A DNA stretch of 64,000 nucleotides from Terriglobia bacterium (GTDB lineage Bacteria; Acidobacteriota; Terriglobia; JAJPHL01; JAPKYU01), in contig CBDCVK010000010.1 in assembly GCA_965223005.1 (NCBI GenBank), positions 1,312,001-1,376,000 on the forward strand, in the 5' to 3' direction. Shown here piece after piece: positions 41,620 through 51,646 of this stretch. The first letter of the stretch is position 1, and every line of letters starts with the position of its first letter. The notes below the pieces were generated by a model that did no database searches, was not told the origin of the DNA, and saw nothing but the letters and a program-made list of their open reading frames with translations. The position numbers and the translations under genes were made by a program.

Positions 41620-42501
41620 TCACGTGAAGACGCCTTTCAGCCAGCCCCACAAGCCTTTCCGTGAAGCGTCTTTGAGCCGCACCACGACCACGGTGATATT
41701 GTCCGCGCCACCGTTGTCGTTGGCGATTTCCACCAGCCGGTCGCAGGCCTGCTTGGGAGTTTGGGCCTCGCCGATCACCTGGGCTATACCCGACTCGGTG
41801 ATCATTCGAGTGAGCCCGTCGGAACAGAGAAGCACCTGGTCCCCCGGCACAACGAACACCTCATCCAGATCCACGGTCACGTTTTCCTCGGTGCCCAAGG
41901 CGCGGATCAGGACATTCTGCATGTCGCTTTGTTCGGCTTCTTCCCTGGTCATCAGGCCGCGCCGCACTTGCTCCATGACCAGCGAGTGGTCCTCGGTCAG
42001 TTGCTGGAGTTGGCCGCCGCGCAACAGGTAAATGCGGCTGTCGCCCACGTGGGCGATGCTCAGAACCGGCCCCTGTAACAGGGCGGCGTCCACGGTGGCG
42101 CCCATCCCTCGCTGGCCGGCATGCTGCTGTGCCGCCTCCCAGATGACCCGATTGGAGCGGCGGAGCGAAGCGGCTAACTGGTTTGTGTCTTCGGAGAACT
42201 GCGGGTTGGGGTCGCCCGATAGCGGGGCGCTTCCGTTACGCGCCAACTCTTTCATGTGCCGGCTAATTTCTTCGACAGCAATCTTGCTGGCTAGCTCGCC
42301 CGCCGCCTCGCCGCCCATTCCATCGGAAAGCACGAACAGGCCGAGCTCGGGAACGATGCTGAAGTTATCTTCGTTGTTAGACCGGTGGCGGCCAATGTCG
42401 GTTCGCGCCCCCACGTCGAATTCGGCCGTTGAGGCGGAGAATGCCGCCCCTCCCGCTGCTTCGGCGGATGCCCCTTCGGACTTCACGATCCGTACTCGCA
42501 T
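41620..42501 (-). CDS. PP2C/Stp1-type Ser/Thr phosphatase
   Basis: RSNNED, DGMGG, HVGDSR, LCSDGL and GGADNIT. Confidence 0.95.
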   Translation of the reverse strand: MRVRIVKSEGASAEAAGGAAFSASTAEFDVGARTDIGRHRSNNEDNFSIVPELGLFVLSDGMGGEAAGELASKIAVEEISRHMKELARNGSAPLSGDPNPQFSEDTNQLAASLRRSNRVIWEAAQQHAGQRGMGATVDAALLQGPVLSIAHVGDSRIYLLRGGQLQQLTEDHSLVMEQVRRGLMTREEAEQSDMQNVLIRALGTEENVTVDLDEVFVVPGDQVLLCSDGLTRMITESGIAQVIGEAQTPKQACDRLVEIANDNGGADNITVVVVRLKDASRKGLWGWLKGVFT

Positions 42502-42620
42502 GTTTGCGCAGGGCGTGAGCCGACGCTTGTACTCACTCAGCTGGCGCCGAACGCGACTTCCAAACTTCCATCCGCCCAGGAGAACCGCGCGGAAAGGACG
42601 TTTCTGAGCGGAGCCGGGCG

Positions 42621-42650
42621 ATTGTAGCAAAAGCCCGCAAGCGCTTGCAA
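42621..42650 (-). promoter_or_regulatory. Promoter of the PP2C-FHA operon with an overlapping palindrome
   Basis: TTGCAA-N18-TACAAT with TG extension; GCAAGCGCTTGC palindrome at 42637-42648. Confidence 0.6.
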
Positions 42651-42839
42651 CCTATCCCAATGCACGTAGGATCGCACCACTGGCCTGCCCCGGCAAGCCA
42701 TCGAGTCTCCACTGGCCGCCGGCAATAAAATCCGAACGCGCCAGACCCCAAACAAGCCGGCTCGCGCCGATTCAAGAAAAGTCTCTGGCCAACCTGCTGC
42801 TTCCAGTTCCTCGCAATGTTTGCGAGTTCCCGGCAACCG

Positions 42840-43295
42840 CTAGGAGCTGGGGGGATGGCGGGCTGTCGCCTGCAGGGCCTTTCCTACCACCTGCAGGGTT
42901 TCCGGGCGGAGGTGGTATTCGGCCAGCTCAGAGGGAGCGACCCAGCGGCACTCGCTAACGTCGGTGGCCGCCCGGGGATCTTGCGGTCCCGAGCGTTTCA
43001 CCCGGCACAGGTAGTCAATCAGCACGTAGTGGTAGCGGGTGCGGCCGGCCTCATCCTGCACGATGCGGTCGAGCACCTCCAACAGTTCCAGCGGTGTGAC
43101 CTCCAGCCCCGTTTCCTCTCGAAGTTCCCGCCGCAGAGCTTCCTCCAGCGTTTCGCCAACCTTGAGAGCGCCGCCGGGAATGGACCATTCGCCCAGCAGC
43201 GGCGCGCGACCCCGCCGGACCAATAGCACGCGACCCTGCTCAACCACCACCCCCCCCACGCCGACAATCGGCCGTTCCGGATACTCGCGGCTCAC
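42840..43295 (-). CDS. NUDIX hydrolase
   Basis: Nudix box GGALKVGETLEEALRRELREETGL. Confidence 0.95.
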   Translation of the reverse strand: MSREYPERPIVGVGGVVVEQGRVLLVRRGRAPLLGEWSIPGGALKVGETLEEALRRELREETGLEVTPLELLEVLDRIVQDEAGRTRYHYVLIDYLCRVKRSGPQDPRAATDVSECRWVAPSELAEYHLRPETLQVVGKALQATARHPPSS

Positions 43296-43575
43296 GGCGA
43301 AGCGACCTCCCCGACTCGGCGCGAAACCACCTCCCAGGAGCAGTGGATTTCCTCACGCAGCGTGGCGACCGGCACACAAAGGGAGCGCGCGGGCAGTACG
43401 TGGTGGACCACCCGAATTGAATGACGCATGGTTTGACGTATGGTCTCGCAAACGCTCGCCCCCGGCCAGGCAAAAGAGGGAGTCCGGCGGCGAGCCGCAG
43501 GCGAACCCCATGTTATCCGCAAGCTAAGGTGCCGGGCAATCGCGCGGGCAGAAACTGGAATCAGAAAAAGACCCC

Positions 43576-43603
43576 TTGACCCGCCTCCCACGGGTCATAT
43601 ATT
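43576..43603 (+). promoter_or_regulatory. Sigma70-like promoter with an inverted repeat in the spacer
   Basis: TTGACC-N16-TATATT; TGACCCG-N7-CGGGTCA. Confidence 0.65.
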
Positions 43604-43675
43604 AGTCCGAGGGCCGGTTCGGCTGGGGCGCTTGCAACCGCTGGCCGGTCGTCGTCTTCTCCAACGGAGGTATCG

Positions 43676-43864
43676 ATGCCAAGTTGCCCTGACTGCGAAG
43701 CCAAGTTGGACGTGGAAGAGGACGAGGTTGAGCAAGGCGAGGTGATCAACTGCCCCGAGTGCGGAGTTGAACTGGAGGTGGTCAACACCAATCCCGTCGA
43801 GGTGGAGCAGATTGAGGAGGAAGAGGAGGAGGAAGAAGAAGAGGAAGAAGAGGACCAGTCGTGA
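43676..43864 (+). CDS. LysW-like Zn-ribbon protein with a poly-Glu tail
   Basis: CPDC...CPECGVELEV; GGAGG RBS; no EDWGE terminus. Confidence 0.85.
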   Translation: MPSCPDCEAKLDVEEDEVEQGEVINCPECGVELEVVNTNPVEVEQIEEEEEEEEEEEEEDQS

Positions 43865-44106
43865 GACACGTAAAACGCATGTGGGAATCCGGCCCGGAAT
43901 CTGGCAAGGCGGACGCCAGTGGCGGATTCGCTGTACGCCTGCCGGCGGCCTCTGCCGTCTATGTCATCGACGCCACCGCGCCTGGGTTCACTCGCGACGC
44001 CAAGGAACTCTGCTCTGTCGCCGACGAGCGGCGGGACGTGGTGCTGCACATCATCACGCCAGGAGAAATAAACAGGCAGCCGGGCCAAAGGGGGATCGCA
44101 CCATGA
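43861..44106 (+). pseudogene. Possible truncated carboxypeptidase-regulatory-like (beta-sandwich) gene
   Basis: DASGGFAVRLP...YVIDATAPGF pattern; no signal peptide; overlaps both neighbours by 4 bp. Confidence 0.4.
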
Positions 44107-44465
44107 AGCGGAAATTCTGGATGCCAGCGGCTCTTGTAATGCTGGCTCTCACGTTGGCGTCAGCGTTGCCGGCTCAAAAAAAGAAAAAAGGGGAGCGTAC
44201 TCGCTCCCTGCACGGGATTGTTGTCGACAAGAGTGACACGCCGCTGGAGAAGGCAGTCGTCTACTTGAAGAACACAAGAAACCTTCGCGTGCGCACCCAC
44301 ATCGCAGACAAAGAAGGTGCGTTTCGTTTTCACGGGCTGAGCTTTAACGTGGACTATCAGGTGTGGGCCCAGCACCAAGGGGTCTCCAGCCGCACCAGGA
44401 CCATCAGCTCCTTCAGCACACGCGCGGAGGTCCACATCACCCTCAAGATAGACCGCAAAGAATAG
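44103..44465 (+). CDS. Secreted carboxypeptidase-regulatory-like domain protein
   Basis: Signal peptide; GIVVD...AVVYL...GAFRFHGL...YQVWA. Confidence 0.8.
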   Translation: MKRKFWMPAALVMLALTLASALPAQKKKKGERTRSLHGIVVDKSDTPLEKAVVYLKNTRNLRVRTHIADKEGAFRFHGLSFNVDYQVWAQHQGVSSRTRTISSFSTRAEVHITLKIDRKE

Positions 44466-44524
44466 CCGCCGTAGGCCCGGAGTGGCCGGCCGTACGTGCT
44501 TCGGGGCTATGTTAGGCTGAACGT

Positions 44525-45418
44525 GTGCCCGACGCGGAGCCGTTGGCGTTGATCTACAACCCCGCCGCTGGGGGTCAGTTCCGTCTGCGCCCCCGCAAGG
44601 TGGAGGAAGTGGCTGCGGCGCTGCGGCGCTATGGCGGCGATCCCGAACTGTTTCCGAGTCGAGGGCCGCAGGACGGCTTCGTGCGTGGCGAAGAAGCAGG
44701 ACGTCGGTTCTCGACTGTGGCTGTCCTGGGCGGCGACGGCACGGTGAACGAAGTGCTCAACGGCGTGGTGGCGGCCGGCGGTACCGCGCGCCTGCTGGTG
44801 TTGCCGGGAGGCTCGGTCAATGTGCTGGCGCGCGACCTCCGCATCCCGCTGGACGCATGCCGGGCTGCGGCGCTGCTGCGCGAGGGTGCAGACCGCCGCC
44901 TGTACTTGGGCCGTGCCGGCAAGCGCTACTTCGCGCTGATGGCCGGCGCCGGCGTGGACGCCTCCATCGTCAGGCGTCTGGGCCGGAGCTGGTTGAAACG
45001 CCGGCTTGGGCGGGTGGCGTTTGCGCTGGAAGGGATCCGCCATAGCGTGGCCTACGACTTCCCCCGACTCACTGTTTCCTGCGACGGGAGAGAGTGGGGC
45101 GGCTACCTTGCCGTGGTGGGTAATTCGCCGGGCTACGCCGGCTGGTTCTCGGTGACGCCGGCGGCCGACCTCGGCCAGCCCGGCTTCCAGGTCGCTGTCT
45201 GTACCACTGCCCTCGCGCTGAAGTATTTTTACTTCGCTGGACTGGCTCTGGCCGGCAGCCTCCCCCGCAGCCGCGACTTTCTTTATTTCAATGCCACGAG
45301 CCTCCGAATTTCCTCCGATCGGCTGGCGTACGTTCAGGTGGACGGCGAGCCCCACGATCCGCTGCCGATGGAGTTCTCGAGCGACGGCACGTCGCTGCGC
45401 TTCCTGGTCCCCGCCTAG
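44525..45418 (+). CDS. Diacylglycerol/lipid kinase family protein
   Basis: YNPAAG, GGDGTVNEVLNG, PGGSVNVLA and QVDGE. Confidence 0.93.
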   Translation: MPDAEPLALIYNPAAGGQFRLRPRKVEEVAAALRRYGGDPELFPSRGPQDGFVRGEEAGRRFSTVAVLGGDGTVNEVLNGVVAAGGTARLLVLPGGSVNVLARDLRIPLDACRAAALLREGADRRLYLGRAGKRYFALMAGAGVDASIVRRLGRSWLKRRLGRVAFALEGIRHSVAYDFPRLTVSCDGREWGGYLAVVGNSPGYAGWFSVTPAADLGQPGFQVAVCTTALALKYFYFAGLALAGSLPRSRDFLYFNATSLRISSDRLAYVQVDGEPHDPLPMEFSSDGTSLRFLVPA

Positions 45419-45479
45419 CAAGCGCCCACTGCTGAAGCAAGCTTCTTGTACTCAGAGCCTTGGATCGACGCGAAGCAGG

Positions 45480-48407
45480 CTATTCGACGGGGATGGTGAC
45501 GGTGTTGCCGGGAACGCCGTCGATGATGATCTCCACGTCCTGCACACCCGCAGGGACGCCGAATGGCACCTGCACATTCACCTGGTAGAGCCCCACAAAT
45601 CCTGGGGCCAGGCCGGAGAAGCTCACCTGGGCAGGTAGGCCGGCAATGTTCACCAGCGGGGTACTTAGAGTTCGCGCCAGAGGCTCAGCACTGGGGGCAA
45701 CATCTCCGGATGGGACTTCGGGCTGTACCGAACCCAGCCCGGTGCAAAAGATAAGAAGGAACTCGCCGGGACGCGCCAAGTCGCTCTCGGTGACAGGCAG
45801 GAAAGTGTCTGCGTGAAGAATCGCGCCAGCACCTGTGCCTTGCTGGTTCAGCGTAAAGACGCCCGGTGATACGGCTGCCATCCCAATCGGCTGCGCCTCG
45901 CTCGTTTCACTACCGCGCTTCACCTGTACCGTGACCGAACCCGCTCCGGCCATTAGCTCGAACGGGACTTGCGCATTTATCTGCGTACCCGATACGAAAA
46001 ACAGCGGGGCAGCAATGTTGTTGAAGGTCACGCTGGTATCCCCCAGCGTGGTGGGGAGAGGTACAGCCGTTGCCACTTGAGTATCGCTCGCCAAGTCCGT
46101 GCCAAAGATGGCCACAATTGCACCCGGGGCAATGGCTCCATTGGGGTCCGTCGCCGCTCGGAAGCTGGCGCCGTTGACGACGGAGTTGGCCGGCAGATTT
46201 GGGGGCCCCTGTGGCTCGTCCGTGATCTTGGCGATGAAAGCGTCAAAGCTTCCGCCGCCGTAAGTCGACTGAAAGCTCGCTATAGGGAAGTCGGTCGAAT
46301 CCGTGGACCCCGTGACGTAGGCGTTGCCGGAGGCGTCTACGGCGATCCTGTTGCCAAAATCGCCGAAGCCGCCACTGCCGCCCAGGTAGGTGGAGTAAAC
46401 CAGAGCGTTGCCGGCGGCATTCAATTTCGTGACAAAGGCGTCGAAGTTGCCCGCGTTGGCAGCCTGGATGGGACTGGCCGTGGGGAAGTTGGTCGAATCC
46501 GTCTGGGCCGTCACGTAAGCGTTGCCAGCGGTGTCCACGGCGATGCCCACAATAGCAAACTCGTGGCCGCTGCCGCCGAGGTAGGTGGAGTAGACCAGGG
46601 CGGAGCCGGTGGCATTCAATTTCGTCACGAAGGCGTCGCCGGAGGCGACGCCACCGAGAGCCGGCTGGATGGGACTGGCCGTGGGGAAGTCGGTCGAACG
46701 GGTATCGCCGGCCACGTAGGCGTTTCCGGCGGAGTCCACGGCGATGGCCCCCCCTACGTCGGAGTCGCTGCCGCCCAGGTAGGTGGAGTAAACGAGAGCG
46801 TTGCCTGCGGCATTCAATTTCGTCACAAAGCCATCGCCGACGCCGGCGAAAGAGGCCTGGAACGGACTGGCTGTTGGGAAGTCGGTCGAACGCGTCTGGC
46901 CCGTCACGTAGACGTTGCCGGAGGCGTCTAGGGCGATGCCGCCGCGATTAGAGTCCCAGCCACTGCCGCCGAGGTAGGTGGAATAAACCAGAGCATTGCC
47001 AGCGGCGTTCAACTTCGTCACAAAGGCGTCGAATTCGCCGCCGCCGTAGGCGGGCTAGATTGGACTGGCCGTGGGGAAGTCGGTGGAACCGGTAAAGCCC
47101 GTCACGTAGGCGTTGCCGGAGGCGTCTACGGCGATGCCGCCCCCCAAGTCGTTGGCGCTTCCGCCCAGGTAGGTAGAGTAAACCAGGGCGCTACCGGCGG
47201 CATTCAATTTCGTCACAATGGCGTCGGTGAGGCCGCCGCCGTGGGCCGCCTGAATTGGACTGGCCGTGGGGAAGTCGGTCGAACCCGTCTGGCCCATCAC
47301 ATAGGCGTTGCCGGAGGCGTCTACGGCGATGCCAAGGCCGGAATCTTCTCCACTCCCGCCGAGGTAGGTGGAATAAACCAGGGCGTTGCCGGCAGCGTTC
47401 AATTTCGTCACAAAGGCGTCCCTTTCGCCGCCGAGAGCCGGCTGGACTGGACTGGCCGTGGGGAAGTCGGTCGAATCCGTCTGGCCCGTCACGTAAGCGT
47501 TGCCAGCGGTGTCCACGGCGATGCCCACGCCGCTGTCGGTGCCGATGCCGCCCAGATAGGTGGAGTAGCTCAGCACCGGATCAATGATGAGAGGCTGGCC
47601 AGCATCATACGCGGCCACCTGGAAGCCGACGTGGTGCCTGCCTTTGAGCACGTACGCCCCGGCGACTTGCTGCCGGACGCCGTCTACCTGCTGATAGACC
47701 AACGGTTTTTGCAAGCGGACTTGACCACCGTCGCTGTCGAGCACCAAGTCGCCTTGAGCATCTATTTCCAGTTTGTCCTCACCTTCGAAGGCGAGATGGA
47801 TGGCCTCAGGATTGGCCCAGGGAGCAACAACCAGGTCGTATTCCAGTTCTCTCTGATTGCCGTAGTAGACCAAGTCCACGCCGGGGTAGACGTCTTCGTA
47901 CTGCACCTTGGCGTATTGTGGGACATTGGTGCGCCACTTGGAGGGGTCGTTACCAAGGAAGTAGTTGCTCTTCCCTGGCAACTCCTCCAACCCTGACACC
48001 TGAGGCGATGGGTTGGCGCCAACCAGCTTCATGCGCAGCACCGCTTCCTCCGTGTCCGGGTTGCTCTCGACCTTGCTAACCTCAGCCGCAGCGCCAACCT
48101 CAGACGCAGCTGGTTTGCGCAAAGCAAGCACGGCCTCAGTAGGGGTCAAAAACAGCGTGTAGCCGCTGCCCCGCGACAGGAAGTCCACACGGTTGTCGGT
48201 CTGGCCATGATTAGCTTCAAAGCTCAGCGGCAGCTTGCCGTAGTTCTCCACAACCTGAGGCTTGTTGGCCGTGGGAGTTTTTGCTGGGAAGTATGGCTTG
48301 TAGGCGAGTCCAGGGTCGGAACCCAGTTCCACCACCGCGCTGGCTAGCAGCCCGAGCGCTAGCAGCGCCATTCCCGGTCCCACGCTACGAATCAAGGACC
48401 TGTGCAT
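45480..48407 (-). pseudogene. SBBP seven-repeat beta-propeller protein with a Solibacter-type C-terminal domain, split by an in-frame TAG
   Basis: ORFs 47055-48407 and 45480-47021 share one frame; 7 YSTYLGG repeats; VVNGASF...GLYQVNVQVP C-terminal domain. Confidence 0.85.
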
Positions 48408-48502
48408 CGCTGCCCTCTTGGAAATCGATTGAGCTAAGGCTACAGCCTGCCGGGTCGCATGTCTACTTCTCCCGGGGAATTCAAGTGTTTTTCAGGAACC
48501 CA

Positions 48503-49972
48503 TCAGGAAAGGGTGAAGCCGCCGGAGTGCTCGAAGGCATGGGCGGCTCGCAGCATGGCCGTCTCGTTGAAGTGCCGCGCCAGAATCTGCATGCCGACCG
48601 GCAGCCGCCCGCGTGTGAAACCGCACGGGACGTTGATACCCGGAATGCCGGCAAGGCTGGCGGTAATGGTGTAGATGTCGGACAGGTACATCTTCAGCGG
48701 ATCGTTAATCTTTTCGCCCAGGCGAAACGCCGGAGTGGGCGCGGTGGGGGTGACAATCACGTCCACCTCACGGAACGCCTCAGTGAAGTCGCGGGCCACC
48801 AGCGCCCGCGCCTTTTGCGCTTTCCGGTAATAGGCGTCGTAGTAGCCGGCACTGAGCGCGTAGGTGCCGAGCATGATGCGCCGCTTCACTTCCGTCCCAA
48901 ACCCCGCGCCGCGCGTGCCCCGGTAGGAGTCCACCAGCGAGCCGGAGGCGCTGCCGGGGGAGCGGAACCCGTAGCGCACGCCGTCGTAGCGGGCCAGGTT
49001 GGAGCTGGCCTCGGCCGTGCAGATGATGTAGTAGGAGGCGATGGCGTAGTCGGTGTGGGGCAGGTGAATGTCCCGTATTTCAGCGCCCAGCCCTCGCATG
49101 CGCTCGATGCCCTGCTGGAGCCGTTCCCCTACCTCGGCATCCAGGCCCGCGGCGAAATACTCACGCGGCACTCCGACACGAAAGCCGCGCAGGTCAGATG
49201 CTTCGGGGCGCTCCAGCTCGGCCAGGTAGTCCGGCACGGCCACATCGGCCGAGGTGGAATCCTGTGGATCGCGTCCCGCCATCACACCCAGCACGGCGGC
49301 AGCGTCCTTGACGGTCTTCCCGAACGGGCCGATATGGTCGAGCGAGGAGGCAAACGCCACCAGGCCGTAGCGCGAGACGCGCCCGTAAGTGCCCATGAGT
49401 CCCACGACGCCGCAAAAAGAGGCTGGCTGGCGGATGGAGCCGCCCGTGTCTGAGCCTAGCGCCACCACACAGGTGTCGGCGGCGACCGCGGCCGCCGAGC
49501 CACCGCTGGAGCCGCCCGGCACCCGCTCCAGGTCGTGCGGATTGCGGACCGGATAGAAGGCGGAGTTTTCGCTGGAGGAGCCCATGGCAAACTCGTCGCA
49601 ATTCGTCTTGCCGATGATTACCGCCCCGGCCAGTTCCAACCGCTCGACCGCCGTCGCATCGTAAGGGGGAATGTAGTCGGCCAGCATTCGCGAGGCACAG
49701 GTGCTGCGCAGGCCGCGAGTGACGATGACGTCCTTCACCGCCACGGGTACTCCGGCCAGCGGCGGCAGGGTCTCGCCGCGTGCCAGCAGCGCGTCCACCC
49801 GGCGCGCCTGTTCCAGCGCTCGCTCCGGCGAGAAGCTGAGATACGCCCCGTTCTTTTGGTTTTCCTGCTGTGCGTGGGCCAGGGCCTGCGCGGCTAGCGC
49901 GACAGCCGTGGTTCCGCCTTCGCGCAGCGCGCTGCGAACCCCGGTCAGGGTCAGCCCCTTTAGCTCCACCAC
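48503..49972 (-). CDS. gatA: Asp/Glu-tRNA amidotransferase subunit A
   Basis: GKTNCDEFAMGSS, GGSSGGS, GSDTGGSIRQP and SSNLARYDG. Confidence 0.97.
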   Translation of the reverse strand: MVELKGLTLTGVRSALREGGTTAVALAAQALAHAQQENQKNGAYLSFSPERALEQARRVDALLARGETLPPLAGVPVAVKDVIVTRGLRSTCASRMLADYIPPYDATAVERLELAGAVIIGKTNCDEFAMGSSSENSAFYPVRNPHDLERVPGGSSGGSAAAVAADTCVVALGSDTGGSIRQPASFCGVVGLMGTYGRVSRYGLVAFASSLDHIGPFGKTVKDAAAVLGVMAGRDPQDSTSADVAVPDYLAELERPEASDLRGFRVGVPREYFAAGLDAEVGERLQQGIERMRGLGAEIRDIHLPHTDYAIASYYIICTAEASSNLARYDGVRYGFRSPGSASGSLVDSYRGTRGAGFGTEVKRRIMLGTYALSAGYYDAYYRKAQKARALVARDFTEAFREVDVIVTPTAPTPAFRLGEKINDPLKMYLSDIYTITASLAGIPGINVPCGFTRGRLPVGMQILARHFNETAMLRAAHAFEHSGGFTLS

Positions 49973-50281
49973 TTATCTCTCGATCACCTTGGGGACTTTG
50001 AAGTGGCCGGCGCCATGCTCGGGCGCGTTGGCCAGTGCCGTTTCGGGGGAAAATCCTGGGCGGTCGGCGTCCTGGCGCAGAGTCGCCTCTGGTTGCTGGT
50101 CGGCAGCTTCGTGCAGTACCTGGGCCATGGGCTCAACCGCCGAGGTGTCCAACTCGTTGAGCTTCTCCATGGACTCCAGGATGGCGTTTAGTTGCGGGAC
50201 GAACTCGGCGATTTCCTCGGGGCTCAGCTCGAGGTTGGCCAGCTGGGCCACATAGAGGACGTCCTTCTCGCTGATTTTCAC
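49973..50281 (-). CDS. gatC: Asp/Glu-tRNA amidotransferase subunit C
   Basis: VAQLANL, LDTSAVEP and ALANAP...FKVPKVIE; GTG start. Confidence 0.93.
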   Translation of the reverse strand: MKISEKDVLYVAQLANLELSPEEIAEFVPQLNAILESMEKLNELDTSAVEPMAQVLHEAADQQPEATLRQDADRPGFSPETALANAPEHGAGHFKVPKVIER

Positions 50282-50294
50282 CTTCTTACCTGGT

Positions 50295-50366
50295 AGGTCA
50301 CGCTGTGGGTCACCCGTTGGGTTACCTGGTGGGCCATTCGTTGGGTCACCGGCCGGGTCACCCGCT
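50295..50366. repeat. Six degenerate 12-bp tandem units between the dciA-like gene and gatC
   Basis: Consensus GGGTCACCCGTT. Confidence 0.85.
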
Positions 50367-50372
50367 GGCCGC

Positions 50373-50825
50373 TCATCCTTCCCGCAGCATTTTCTGCGAA
50401 GCCCGGAGAAACAGCGCGCGCAATTCCGGATCGGCGATCGCGCGAGCTGAATCCTCCAGTTGGGCGTCCCGAGCGGGCGCCTCCTCCCGCGCCGGGCCTT
50501 TGCGAGGTGGTGGCTGAGCGGAACTGGCTGGGGTTGCCAGGCTCGCATCCACGCGAAGATCTATTCCCGTCACCAGGCGCTGCCCCAGCAGCCGGTTGAC
50601 GCGAGCCAGCAGTTGTCTCTCCAGTCGCCGCAGTTGCCTCTGCCAGGCGCGGTCCGGCACGTGCACGATCAGAGTTTCCCGGTAGAGTTGAAACACCTGG
50701 GAGCGCGCGGCGATCTGGCGGCCCACCAGGTGCGGCCATACCGACCGCACGATCTCTTCCACCGGCAGGTGCTTCTGCGGCTGCTTGCGCAGCAAATGAG
50801 GCAACAGCGTGTGCAGCGGTCTCAT
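50373..50825 (-). CDS. DUF721/DciA-family protein
   Basis: WPHLVG..IA...LIVHV...AWQRQL pattern. Confidence 0.75.
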   Translation of the reverse strand: MRPLHTLLPHLLRKQPQKHLPVEEIVRSVWPHLVGRQIAARSQVFQLYRETLIVHVPDRAWQRQLRRLERQLLARVNRLLGQRLVTGIDLRVDASLATPASSAQPPPRKGPAREEAPARDAQLEDSARAIADPELRALFLRASQKMLREG

Positions 50826-50981
50826 GGCTCTACGCTAATTGCTGCGGCCACCGGGTTTGCTGCCGACGACCCAGGTTCGCCATCTCCGGATCATCCGGCA
50901 CCTCAAAGGTTCCCTTCCCCGTCACTCGAAGGTTTCCTTCCGCATCGTGTGCTAAGTTTACTTAGGAAGGTGCATTCTACC

Positions 50982-51599
50982 ATGCCGGGCCTGCCGCATC
51001 ACAGACCGCAGGAAGAGCACGGAAACGAATCGGTGCTGCTGGCCTCGGCTTCACCGAGACGCCGGGATCTGCTGCGCGCAGCCGGGATTGGCTTTGAGGC
51101 CATAGCCAGCAACATCCCGGAAGTGATGCAGCCCGGAGAATCGGCCGAGGAGTTTGTCTGCCGCATGGCGGTGGCCAAGGCAGAGCAGGTGGCCGCCGGC
51201 AGGCCGGGGGAAGCCCGGCTCATCGTGGCCGCGGACACGGTAGTAGTGGTGAACCAAACAGTGCTGGGCAAGCCGGATTCGGCCTCGAGCGCTGCTTCCA
51301 TGTTGCGACTGCTCAGTGGCCGCACCCACGTCGTGCTCACCGGCCTTTGCGTGCTCGAAGCGGGCGGCGGTCGGCGCTGGGTGGAGGCGGTGCGTACCCA
51401 GGTGCGGTTTGGTCCACTGACGGAAGCAGAAATCAGCCAGTACGTGGCCACCGGCGAGCCGCTGGATAAAGCCGGCGCCTACGCCATTCAGGGCCTGGCT
51501 TCCAAATTTGTCGAGCGGATTGAGGGTTGTTACTTCAACGTGGTGGGGCTGCCTGTGCCGACCCTCTACCGCCTGCTCAAACAGGCACGTCCGTCCTGA
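50982..51599 (+). CDS. maf: Maf-family nucleoside triphosphate pyrophosphatase
   Basis: LASASPRR, ADTVV, LGKP, DKAGAYAIQG and NVVGLP. Confidence 0.93.
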   Translation: MPGLPHHRPQEEHGNESVLLASASPRRRDLLRAAGIGFEAIASNIPEVMQPGESAEEFVCRMAVAKAEQVAAGRPGEARLIVAADTVVVVNQTVLGKPDSASSAASMLRLLSGRTHVVLTGLCVLEAGGGRRWVEAVRTQVRFGPLTEAEISQYVATGEPLDKAGAYAIQGLASKFVERIEGCYFNVVGLPVPTLYRLLKQARPS

Positions 51600-51646
51600 C
51601 CATGCGCGGGAGCCGGCCGCGAGCACTCACGGGGAGTTGGGCCGTC

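Noticed and set aside
43292-43560. Possible ncRNA (rnpB, SRP, tmRNA) or small ORF upstream of the NUDIX gene
   Set aside because: No diagnostic conserved motifs found; the ORFs lack recognisable features.
47055-47057. Genome-wide TAG recoding or pyrrolysine
   Set aside because: TAG terminates many conserved genes at expected positions here (rplO, rpsE, rpsC, rplV, rplB); no pyl genes seen.
46250-47570. About 185-bp periodic repeats as CRISPR or a mobile element
   Set aside because: They are coding SBBP propeller blades.
48503-50281. Absence of gatB next to gatCA
   Set aside because: Split gatCA/gatB arrangements are common; gatB is probably elsewhere in the genome.
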